Positions 52,634 to 64,000 of a DNA stretch of 64,000 bases are shown here, piece after piece. Origin of the DNA: Octopus vulgaris (lineage: Eukaryota); the NCBI GenBank assembly GCA_951406725.2, contig OX597818.1, positions 134,168,001 through 134,232,000 of the forward strand. Direction: 5' to 3'. Under the pieces are notes generated by a model that did not search any database, was not told the DNA's origin, and saw only the letters and a list, made by a program, of their open reading frames with translations. Numbering within the stretch: position 1 is the first letter of the stretch; every line of letters begins with the position of its first letter. The translations under genes and the position numbers were made by a program.

Positions 52634-55600
52634 TATGTTCTTAACACTAGATTAATGATAACTAAGTTATTTTACTAAATTCTTTGTTGTATTTAAAATT
52701 TGCACATGTGTAATTTACACTGTTGATTTTCAGGATAAAAATTGTTAAAAAAAACGCTTCTACTTGTGTAAAATTTGCATCAGAATTGCCGATATGGCCA
52801 GGGGAAAAAGGTTTTCAATTTAGTTGTATTTAGCATAATTTCACTTACTTATGATTAGATTTCATTAAATTTTCATCAAGTAAAACTCATTTCTGTTTAA
52901 CAGGTAAAAAGCTATTAAATTACGAAGTGTTTGTGTTGTTTATAATAAACTTTATTTTACATTTCTTGCCCATAAGAGATTATGTCTGATCTTTAGCACA
53001 TTTCTGTATGCCTTCTCAAATCACAATCACAGGAAAAGTTGTTGATAATTCTTACCAACAAAATCAAAGCTGATAATTATGCACAAGTGTTGCAAAATAA
53101 GCTTAATTACCAATAAACATCAGCTCGGATGACACTTTACTCAACCGACAGAGGAAGGTGACCAATCAACCTGATTATGGAAACAGAATTTTGATTGGTT
53201 GAAAGTGTCTTCTTGTTTCTAGCTCTGATTTTCTGCCTATCCTTGTCAGAACCTTTGATACAGAGTATCGAATTTTTATCCCTTTCACACTTATAAAATG
53301 TCAAGCAAACTTTAAAATTTATCATTACCGCTTTAGCCAGGAGACCACCTTGATAGTTTGGTAACCTGCTAAAATGAACATTAAAAATTGAAAGGAGAAA
53401 ATAAACAGCTTTGCAAATTTAAATCAGTGTTTATTGAACAAGAGAGAGGTGGGAAATTCAAGAAGCAACTTCTTAGAATATATATGTCTGTGAGGAGACA
53501 TAAACAAGAATAGCAAAAATCTACTATACCAAAAGAACTGGTAATACATACATTACAAGTGTTCTATGAAGAGAACATAAGATTGCTGCATAATTCAACA
53601 TGAATGTGTAACAACATTAAACATCGTATAAGGTAAAAGAAGGTTTCTATAGGAACACTAAGTCATATTCACTTAGTGAGTATACATGCACAAGGATGAA
53701 TTATGATGTTGTCGTCGGTGTTAGATGCAGTAAGAGCTGGTCGTGGTGATGTCAGTGGTGATGAATTTCATTGTCCTAACATGGAGAAAGTGAGCAATAG
53801 GTTCCTGGAGGCAAACACAAGCTAGACTTCTTAAGTGAAGAAAAACTGATCTATTTAAGGAAATTGCTGGGTTCCATTGTGAAAGGTAGAAACTCCAAGC
53901 AAAGTAAAATATGGCCCAGACCATGATTACCAGCATGAACGTCAAACTTCAAAAAGTAGTTAACCATTTAATGGTTTTAGTAAATTTATATGGAAAATGT
54001 AAGTATTATACCGTCCAGCATAAATAAAAGTCAACTTCATTATACTTTTTCTGTAAAAACCTTTTCTGTAATTAAATGAGTCAACTTCTGATACAAATGT
54101 TTAGTTTTGTACATCATTTTACAACAAAACAAAATTTCTAAACAATTCTGGAAATGATCTACTCATGTAATTTACCCACCCCCTAAAGTTTATTTTTGTT
54201 TTTGTGAAAAAAGTGCGTAAATTACATGGGTTTTTATGGTAATTGAAAGAAACACAGAATATCTCAACAGAAATATGGTAACATATGAGAGTTGCTGAAG
54301 CATGGAACAAACTGCCAGCATCAGTTGTTAGTTGTCGGAGCACTGCATCCTTCAAAACTTCCATGCTTTCTGAGATTCGCCAACACTACACTTGATTTTC
54401 TACCCTCCATACACACCCAAAAATGTACCTGACTCATACACTGTTCACTTTCCAGACATTTGTACATTACTGCTAATATTTTAAATGCACTTTCTGACAA
54501 GTTGTGGTGCACCTGAGCACTGTATACAATAATTTCATTATTATTATAAAAGGGTTAAATTAGACAACAAAGTTCTAAAAGTCCTAGTATTCATTTGAAA
54601 ATATATCTGGATGATCTGTGCCCATTTCTTCTGGGGTTCATAAAGGAGCATGTAACAAAATTGTTCTAGTGTCACAACAAACTACCTACCATGGAATATG
54701 AATTCACTGTCTTTGAGTTTGTAATTGAAAATAGTTTACTTCATCAGTTTATCTTTATCCAACTTTCCATGTCAACATGGCTTGGACGAGCTTGAAACAC
54801 CTTAACTGTCTACATTTTTCAGCCGTTAATAAATACAATACCAACATGCTGTATATTCAGTGTTTGTAAATATGAAATATGCAAGTCATCTGGTTGATTA
54901 TTATTTAAGTCACCTTGATATTACAACCTTACCAACACTTATTGCTGTTGTAAGTATCTAGGTTAGATAGTACAATACTGTTCTTTTTTTTTTTTCGTTT
55001 TCACTTGCTACAAAGGCCTCCAATTCCCTGACCTAGAACATTATGAACTATCCCCATGGAGGCATGTCTTTTGTGTCATTCCTACTACTTCTCCTTCATT
55101 TCTCCTCTAGACTATGCACAAATCATTCCTTCTGAGTGCTCTAACCCTTTGGAATTCTTTTGCTGCCCAGATTTTCCTAACAACATCAATGTCCGTAACA
55201 TTAATCTGAACATCAACAGTATTAACCCCTTACCCGGCAGAAACGAATATATGCGTTTTGACCGAAATCGTTTTTTTCTATCTCTGGCGAGTTAACTCGT
55301 CAAAAGATAGACTCGCCAAAATCGACAGCAAATGAGTTCCTTTGTCTATTATAAACTCTTTTTTGACATATACGAGTATATTCGCTCACTTTATACGTCT
55401 GGCAGTGACGATTTCTGCCACCTTTCGCTTGAGTAAGGCATTGAAGACCGAGTATGATTTAGTCACCTGGAGACAGTCGAAGGGTTGGAAGGCACATTTT
55501 ATGAATAGAAGTATTCACTTTATTTTTACGTTGTTTTTTTTATACCTTTATATTATAACCCCACCATGTCGATAACCAAATAAAATAACATGATTTTTTG

Positions 55601-55854
55601 TAAAAGTAATATGATTTATGAAAAAACCGGGTTAACTCGTTTCTGCCCAAAGCGGTAATTTAAAATCAATATTATTGAATTAAAATTCATAATAAATAAG
55701 GTTTGAAATATACCTCGAAATCACCATTCAAAACATAGTAAAATAAAACAATTAAAAAATATGTCTGAAAAAATACATTTATTTTCAAAATAATTGTTGG
55801 GTAAGGGGTTAATTTTATTTGTCTGAGAAAGACTCCATGCATGTGTGAGCTGAC

Positions 55855-55985
55855 AGTCATCATCAACATTGTCGTCTTCATTGTTGTTGTCGTTGCCACC
55901 ATCATGTCCATCGTCATCACTGTCATTGTTGCCATCGTCATCATTGTTGTCACCGCTGCTGTCATCATCATTGTTGTTGTTGTTT
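55855..55985. repeat. Degenerate trinucleotide (TCA/TGT) microsatellite
   Basis: Mixed TCA/TCG/TTG triplets. A (TAG)n(TGG)n array also lies at 11525-11598. Confidence 0.8.
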
Positions 55986-57899
55986 GATGTCCACTTTCTA
56001 TGCTGGTATGGGCTGGACTGTTTGACAGGATTTGGCAAGCAGCAAGGCTACATTCGGCTTCAAAGTCAGCTTTGGCATGGTTTCTATGGCTGGATGCCCT
56101 TCCTAATGCAAACCACTTTATACAGTGAAGAGGGTGCATTTTTCATGCCACTAACTCTAACGAGGTTGCCAAGTGATTTGCAAGATAAAAAAAAAAAAAA
56201 AAAACAGGAAAAAGCTTTCTGTATTAAATAAGGAGTATTTGAGATGGGAAGGTAGCTTTATGCTGAATGTTGAGAGTCTAAAGAGAGAGGGACAAGCATA
56301 GGTATATAGGTGGTTCACCATCTCCTACACCAGGACCCTCATAGTTAGGAAGCATGAGGGTTCCGGTTGATCCGAATCAATGGAACAGCCTGCTCATGAA
56401 ATTAACGTGTAAGTGGCTGAGCACTCCACAGACACGTGCACCCTTAACGTAGTTCTCGGGGATATTCAGCGTGACACAGAAAGTGACAAGGCCGGCCCTT
56501 TGAAATACAGGTACAACAGAAACAGGAAGTAAGAGTGAAAGAAAGTTGTGGTGAAAGAGTACAGCAGGGATCACCACCATCCCCTGCCGGAGCCTCGTAG
56601 AGCTTTTTAGGTGTTTTCGCTCAATAAACACTCACAATGCCCAGTCTGGGAATCGAAACCGTGATCCTATGACCGCGAGTCCACAGGGCCATTGCGCCTC
56701 CACTACCCTCATAGTGCATGTCTTGGCTTTATATTGTTTAGCATCATGCTACATCTGGATGTAAGTTCCCACTCCAACTCCATCAAAGCAGCTTCCAACA
56801 CTGCTGTAAGATAGAGGGATAACAGTGCTGGATCACTCTTGTTTAATTCCATTTGTCACCTCAATACTCACTTGAGGTATTGCTATTTTCTACTACAAAA
56901 TTCAATTGTGCAGGGACCTAACCAAGTTACTCTCTCTTTACTCTTTTACTTGTTTCAGTCATTTGACTGCGGCCATGCTGGAGCACCACCTTTAATCGAG
57001 CAACTCAACCCCGGGACTTATTCTTTGTAAGCCCAGAACTTATTCTATCGGTCTCTTTTGCCGAACCGCTAAGTGACAGGGACATAAACACACCAGCATT
57101 GGTTGTCAAGCAATACTAGGGGGACAAACACAGACACACAAACACACACGCACATATATATATATACATATATACGACGGGCTTCTTTCAGTTTCCGTCT
57201 ACCAAATCCACTCACAAGGCTTTGGTCGGCCCGAGGCTATAGTAGAAGACACTTGCCCAAGATGCCACGCAGTGGGACTGAACCCGAAACCATGTGGTTG
57301 GTAAGCAAGCTACTTACCACACAGCCACTCCTGCGCCTGTTGGTGAACCTTCTTAAGGAACATGGCTGTCCTTGAAGGTTCAAAGTCTTGTGAATGAATT
57401 TGGTAGATGGAAGCTGAAAGAAACCTGTCATGTGTGTGTGTTGTGCACGTGTGCATGTGTTTTCTACCAGTGCTTGACAACCAATGCTGGTTTGTTTATG
57501 TCCAGTTGGTTCAGCAAAACAGACTGATAGAATAGGAAACAAGATTTAAAAAATATGTAATGGGGACGATTTGTTAGACTAAAACCCTTCAAGGTGGTGC
57601 CTCCAGTATGGTCACAATCCAATGACTGAAACAGGCAAAAGGTAAACGAGAGTGCCTTTGACAAATATAGGATTTAAGTTAGGGTGGAGCTGGCACCGAA
57701 CATAAAAGTAATAGCTTTGATTAAACAAAGTTAAGAACAATTGATTGAATACAATGATTTCGTTTCTAAAGTACTCTTTCAATTGAATTCTGGTATTTTC
57801 CTCTCCTAAAATTTAAACACAATCCTGCCTAGACCAGCCCAATTTACGACAGAAAACTGAATTTGGGTCATCACCGATTTTAAAAGTAAACACTACAAT

Positions 57900-58679
57900 A
57901 TGGCTGCCAACATCCAGTCGATGTGTCAATTCTGGAAAGATTTCGATTTAACCGAATTACAGAAGAATTTAGACACAACAGCTACAGTAATTGCTAACAG
58001 ACAAGATGAAAGTGACGCTAGTCGTAAAAAACTTGTCGATTTGAGTCGAGATTTTAAAAAGAACACCCCGGAAGATATACGGAAGGTAGTCGCGCCTTTG
58101 TTGCGTAGTTTTCAAAGCGAAATTGATAATCTCTCTAAGAGGAGTAAATTCGGTGAAACTGCCTTTCTCTCTATCTATAGGAAACTTATTGACTTACCTG
58201 ATCCCGTACCGATACTAGAACATGCCATCAGCATCCAGAAAAAAGCTCAGAAAGTTCAAGATTTTGAAATTGAAAACAAACAACTTCGGGAAACTCTGAC
58301 GGATTACAACCACGAATTTGCTGAGGTGAAAAATCAAGAAGTGACAATAAAACAACTGAGAGAGAAATTAAAAGAATATGAAGAGCGTATGGAAGCTACG
58401 GTGGAAATCAGGGTTAAGGAGAAAGAGAAGGAAATTCAGAAGACTTTTGCTGAAAAAGAACGCCAACTGCAAGAAACTCAGTTGGCCGTGGCTAAAAAAC
58501 TTGGAGAAGCTGAACAAAAAGTGTCCATCCTTCGCAGTAACTTAGAGTCTGTCCAGTCGGAGTTGTTCGACGTTAAGGCCAAATACGACGAGGCAACGGC
58601 TGCAAAATCCGATGAAACTGATATGCTTATGGCAGACCTGGAGAGGGCAAATGAAAGAGCAGTGGCGGTTGAACGACAG
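57900..58679 (+). CDS. CUX1: CUX1/CASP (Cut-like homeobox / golgin CASP) shared N-terminal coiled-coil, first coding exon; gene continues beyond the window
   Basis: MAANIQSMCQFWKDFDLTELQKNLDTTATVIANRQDESDASRKKL...KNTPED.RK.VAPLL.SFQ.EID.LSKRSK...EFAEVKNQEVTIK closely matches the recalled human CUX1/CASP N-terminus. Donor CAG|GTTAGT at 58679/58680, 260 codons. Confidence 0.93.
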
Positions 58680-60369
58680 GTTAGTAGTATGTTATTAGGG
58701 CGATCTTTCGTCTCTAGCGAAATCTCTTTCTTTCTTTCACACATTACTCTGTCTCTTCACACACACTAACAGAAGCACTTCACTTACACAACATACTGTC
58801 TGTCTCCCACACCCCATCAAACACACACATGTACATCAATGCTTCCCATGCATGGTAACTTCAAAAGAACTTCCCTCGTCATACAATCGCTTTCTCTTAG
58901 TCTCTTTCGCTCTCATTACTTCAAAAGTTCCCGCAAGCCCATATGTAAAAAAAAAAATATTTTTACGGAAATCGACGGAAAGGTCTACTAGAGACGAAAG
59001 ATTGCCTATTATTAGATTGACACGTATACACCAAAGTGTCTCTATTTTCCCTTTATTTGATAACGCATCCGGACATAAGATACGTTTGTTTATTATTACA
59101 TGTCACAACATCACATCACATATATACCCGCGCACAAAGACGCGAAGAGAAGAATAATCGTAAAAGCAATATATACAGAAAGGTTACAGGTGAACGATTG
59201 ATTACAGGTGAACAGCCTTCCAGAGCTGTTAGCGCTGATCGAGCAGACATCATTATTGTCATCGGGTTCCACAACTGTAATCATTCGGACCTTTTCTCAG
59301 ACACTACAATTTCGGATTAATGTGTCTTTATCTAAAACTGTTGAGTGTTATTTGAGCAGATTAAGGCACCTTTGTTGGCTCACATGTTTCTGTATAGATC
59401 CTGGTGAAGCAGGAAAAAAAACCTACTAGGCGTGTATTGTTTTTTGTAAATAAAGAGTGGGACTGATTTAGTAATGGGAAAAGGGTAATGTGCTGTAGCT
59501 TTCGTAGTGTACACCTAACAGAAACTGTCGATTATCATCGTAATCATCATTCCTATAGGTATTTAAATGAACGGTGATGGTCTTTGTGGTATTATATAGA
59601 CTGATGAAAAGGCGTAAATAAAGTCGAACAATTTAATGTGAGAAATATAAATAAATGTGGCCAGTAAAGAACAACAGGAAAATATAATGTCCAAACGGGG
59701 AGGCATTTCAAATAGGTAAACAAATATTGGCATGGCAGGTAAAAATCTCCATTCAAAGTAAAGGATGTTAGAAGCAAAAGATTGAAAATCTGTTGGACTC
59801 AATGTGATAAAGATTTCAATTTCATTAGTGTATGCATACAATGAACGACGTTATATGGCCCAGGGTGTGGTGGTTGATGCCTTTTTTCCTATTCCTTTGG
59901 TACCATGGAAATATTTTGTTGTTGACGTAGGGGGGGGGGGGTCATCGAAGAGATGTCTGATATATTGTCTCAGCCGTTCGACTTAAATTGGATTTTGTGG
60001 CATAGTTTCCGGATTAGGGAGTATTCATTTTTTTATGTAACCCCTAAGGGTAATTCCGAATACTAGTTCTGTGGTTGTACAACACAAGTAGGCCTTTATT
60101 GTTGCACGCACATAGAGCAATAGGGATCAGTTTATGCCAGTGGTTAGCATTATGATTTGTGAACGAATGAAATGTCAAGGAAGAAATCAGTGACAAACTT
60201 AATCACAAAACTTTTAATGACGTAATCACAATTAATTTGGCCAGGCGGTGCAAAGCATGTAGTTAAGGCATTATTGATAGTATCAAATCACACGAATGCA
60301 CTTTTTTTTTTATCACTGTGATATGTTTTTGTTATTATTTTATACTTTATAATTGTTAAGAAAACTTGT

Positions 60370-60529
60370 GGATCTTTTCCAATTTTTAAACAACGTTAAA
60401 CTTAGAAATTACAATTCCGTTTTCCTTTTGGTTTACAATTATGTTTTCTTTTGTCACATTCTACCAGTATACGAAGTTTCAAATTGTTTAGTTAACTAGG
60501 AAAATCTGGCTTTCAAAAGGAAAAGATCC
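60370..60529. mobile_element. Short GGATC-TIR MITE remnant
   Basis: GGATCTTTTCC...GGAAAAGATCC. Only CTTGT is duplicated at the flanks. Confidence 0.55.
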
Positions 60530-61614
60530 CTTGTCTTGATAAACTGTTATTTATTTAATGTTGAATGGAAGCAAAGGTTCTATATTATTTAGGGACGAGC
60601 GAAGGGGAAAAAACTGTTCCAGTTAGCATTTCTCGAGGATATTAAAATTGCTTACATATAGTTTAACCGTGCTTATGTTCGAAAAACATTGCAGCTTCGA
60701 TCATTCCATTATTAGGACTATATTCTCTTCCTTTCTTAAGACAGTCAAGTCTAATTTGATGAAGATTTTGCTGCTATTTTTAGTAGGTCAAGCGGCCATG
60801 TAGAGCTCCGTCTGCTATTGATAGGAAACCGATGTTAGAGTCATTAGTACTATAAGCAGAAATACAACAGCCACCTGAAAGTGGTGTTTCCTAGACAATC
60901 CTTGTGAATGTTGGCTGTGTGGTAAGTAGCTTGCTTACCAACTACATGGTTCTGCCTCGGGTCGACTAAAGCCTTATGAGTGGATTTGGTTGTCGGAAAC
61001 ATATATATATATATGTGTGTTTGTCCCCCCCACCATCGCTTGACAACCGATATTGGTGTGTTTACATCCCCTGTAACTTAGCGCTTCGGCGAAAGACTCT
61101 GATAGAATAAGTACTAGGCTTACAAAGAATAAGTCCTGGGGTCGACTTGTTCAACTAAAGGCGGTGCTCCAGCATGGCCACAGTTAAATGACTAAAACAA
61201 ATAAAAAAAAAATAAAAGAATGTAAACAAACACTGAAATTATTACAGGTATGGGTGGATGGTTAAGAAGTTTACCTGTTTCAAATTCACCCCCACTATAC
61301 AACATCCTGGGCGAGTGTCTTCTGCTATAGCTCCTCCAGGCTGACAAAATCTTTGTGAGTGAATTTGGTTGTTGGAAACCTAACCCTTTTGTTACTGTTA
61401 TTATTTTGAGATGCTCTGTGTTTCTTTCAATTACTTTAAATATGATAAAGAATTTAGTAAAATTACTTAGTTATCATTAAGCTAATGTTAGGAACATAAA
61501 TTGCGACTAAGGTTTGGTGGAAGATTTTAATTCAAAACTTATGGAAACAAGACATTTGTACTCAGAGCCAGTTTCAGCCGGGTTGGTATTGAAAGGGTTA
61601 AAGAAGTCAGTTGT

Positions 61615-63050
61615 ATCATCATCATCATAATCATCATTTAGCATCTGTTTTCCATGCTGGCATGGGTTAGATGGCTTGACTGGAACTGGTAAGCCAGAGA
61701 GCTGCACCAGGCTCCAGTTTTTGTTTTGACTTGGTTTCTACAGCTGGATGCTCTTCCTAACACCAACCACTTCACAGAGTGTACCAGTTGCCTTTAACTT
61801 GTCACCAGCAACGGGTGCTTTCAATGTGGTACTGGCAAGAGTACTTTTTACGTGTCACCAGCACTAGCCGCGACTATGATTCCACTAAGCTTGATGTGTC
61901 TTCTCAAGCACAACAAATCACCAACAATCTCGGTCACTTGTCATCGCCTCTGTGAGACTTAACATCTGAAGATGGTATTTCACCACCTCATCCCACATCT
62001 TCCTGGGTCTACCTCTTTCACAGGTTCCCTCCACAGTTAGATATTGACATTTCTTTATGCTGCTGTTCTTGTCCTTACACATCACATGGCCATACCAGCA
62101 TAGTCTTCTCTCTTGCACACCACATATGATGCCTCTTGGACCCAATTTTTTTCTTAAGGTATTCACACTCTGTCATATGCGCACACTGACATTGTACATT
62201 CAGTGGAATATATTGGGTTGTCCGGAAAGTTTGTGTCGATTTTTAAAGGAAAGTAAAAGGTCAATAAATACTTGCCATTACATTTTTAATCAACCAAATG
62301 TGAACCATTTTGTTGCACAATGTGTCTCCATCTTTCCTTTAACTTGAAAATACCCTCTTCCTAGAATTGAGGTGGTTTCATGGCAAAGAATTCATCAAGG
62401 TATCTTTTTACGTCATCCAAGGAATTGAAATTTTTACCATTAAGACTATTCTGCAGAGACCTGAATAAGTAGAAATCCGAAGGAGCCATATCTGGTGAAT
62501 ATGGAGGGTGGGGTAACACATCCCAGCTGAGCTGCAGCTATTTTTGTCTGGTTCCCAAAGCATCAAGTGCTGAAAATGAACTCTCTTATCTTCCATTTTA
62601 GAGGGTTCAGAATTAACACAGGTTATAGGAACATAAACCTTCTTCCACGAAAAGATAGCTTAAACTGTGCTCTAAATGGAGGTGTGGTCATATCCTATTT
62701 TATGGACTCAACCATGTTCTAAAATAAGTCAAAAGTTAAGCTACTATAAATCGACACGACCTTTCCAGACAACCCAATACTAGCTTCATTTCTTTCAAGC
62801 CTTTGCGTGTCCTCTGCAGTCACAGCCCATGTTTCACTGCTATGTAGCATGGCTGTTTGCACACGGGCATCATATAATCTGCCATTTAAAGGGAGAGGCC
62901 CTTTGTTACCAACAAAGGTAGCAGTTCCCTTAACTTTACCCAGTCTGCTCTTAGAGTATCCACCTCCACTGCTGATTTGCTCACCTAGGTAATGGAAGCT
63001 ATCTACTACTTTTAGATATCCCCCTGGGCATTTGATGAAGTCTATTCTTT
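61615..63050 (-). mobile_element. RTE-like LINE remnant interrupted by a mariner fragment (about 62210-62590)
   Basis: LKVVDSFHYLG, HSSETWAV and RGRPRKMWDE on -. The mariner part has a TATTGGGTTG TIR and an HPPYSPD motif on -. Confidence 0.8.
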
Positions 63051-63052
63051 TT

Positions 63053-63570
63053 ACGTGCAACCAAAAGAATACCCTCCATCAGGCATTTGCCATATCCTGA
63101 ACGCCTTACTTCCCTGGGCATGGACACATTGAAACTCCGACGTCTGGCAGCTGACTTGGCAGACACCCATAAAATTATCAACCATCTTACAAACAATAAC
63201 TCTGAGCACCTTTTCAAACTCCACCCATCTAACACCCGTGGACATATTTACAAAGTCAGAAAACAGCACAGCTCCCATGACTTCAGGAAACATATTTTCA
63301 CGCTGAGAGTTGCTGAAGGATGGAACAAACTGCCGGCATCAGTTGTTAGTTGTCGGAGCACTGCATCCTTCAAAACTTCCATGCTTCCTGAGATTCGCCA
63401 ACACTACACCTGATTTTCTCCCCTCCATACACACACAGGCATGTATCTGACTCATACATTGTTCGCTTTCCAGACATTTCTACATTACTGCATGTACTTT
63501 ATATGTACTTTCTGACAAGTTGTGGTGCACCTGAGCACTGTTTACAATAATTTCATTATTATTATATTAC
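63053..63570 (+). mobile_element. CR1-clade LINE 3' end (longest copy of an abundant family)
   Basis: PYPERLTSLGMDTLKLRRL...SNTRGHIYKV...FTLRVAE.WNKLP with (ATT)n tail. Other copies at about 596-920 (+), 27500-27855 (+), 36520-36700 (-, degraded), 39978-40380 (-), 40560-40890 (+), 48143-48460 (+) and 54287-54547 (+). Confidence 0.92.
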
Positions 63571-63719
63571 ATTCTTAATATTGATTGTGCAAATACACCT
63601 GTCATACACAAAGATTACTTCCTCTGTTATCCCTCCTCTGATACTGCTGCACCCTACACCCTACATCTTTGCTACATATCGAGCAGGGCTGTCTCCTTGA
63701 AGGGATTTGTGACTTGTCT

Positions 63720-64000
63720 TTTTTCTTACTTTCTAAGACTTTGATCTTTGCTAAATTAACTGTAAGATCCTGTAACAGATGCCATATACAGAGATGTTTC
63801 TAATAGGGTAAAGCTGAAAAAGAGGTAATTTCTACTCTTCTCCTCTGGAAGCCATCTACTCGCAATACCAGAGGGCGCACACTCTCCTACTCTGATGTAA
63901 TCTCCAGGGATATAGGCATCCAGCAACAGGACCTCCCTAATGCCATGATGGACCGTGAAGTCTGGCATAGCATGGTAAATTCCATTGTCTCGACCACGGT
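63720..64000 (+). mobile_element. RTE/RTE-X LINE C-terminal remnant
   Basis: LLLWKP...TRGR.LSYSDVISRDIG...AMMDREVW. Confidence 0.6.

Noticed and set aside
58680-58769. C-terminal 29 aa of the 289-aa ORF (VSSMLLGRS...)
   Set aside because: Homology stops at a good splice donor, so this is intron read-through. The same applies to the ORF tails after 8952, 26398 and 28093.

Overview
AT-rich, repeat-dense eukaryotic DNA. The SINE, CR1, RTE and microsatellite content resembles an octopod cephalopod (Octopus) genome; this is inferred from repeat motifs, not from a search. Three spliced genes can be reconstructed by hand. (1) A JHY/C11orf63-like gene on +, with four coding exons (7357-8952, 26129-26398, 27953-28093, 32815-33045; about 745 aa). 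(2) An MRPL41 (mL41) gene on -, with three coding exons (46309-46144, 41113-41013, 37262-37140; 129 aa), which needs a GC-AG intron and is mostly invisible in the ORF track. (3) The first coding exon of a CUX1/CASP gene on + (57900-58679). The rest is mostly mobile DNA: several tRNA-derived SINE families, CR1 and RTE LINE 3' ends, Penelope-like remnants with hammerhead ribozyme motifs (one with an intact core at 29341-29425, - strand), a solo LTR, mariner and pogo remnants, piggyBac-like and Merlin-like MITEs, and non-autonomous Helitrons. The least explained structure is a near-identical, highly structured 360-bp unit in tandem and inverted copies inside a (TA)n tract (14727-15772). Most long ORF-track entries are microsatellite or SINE artefacts.
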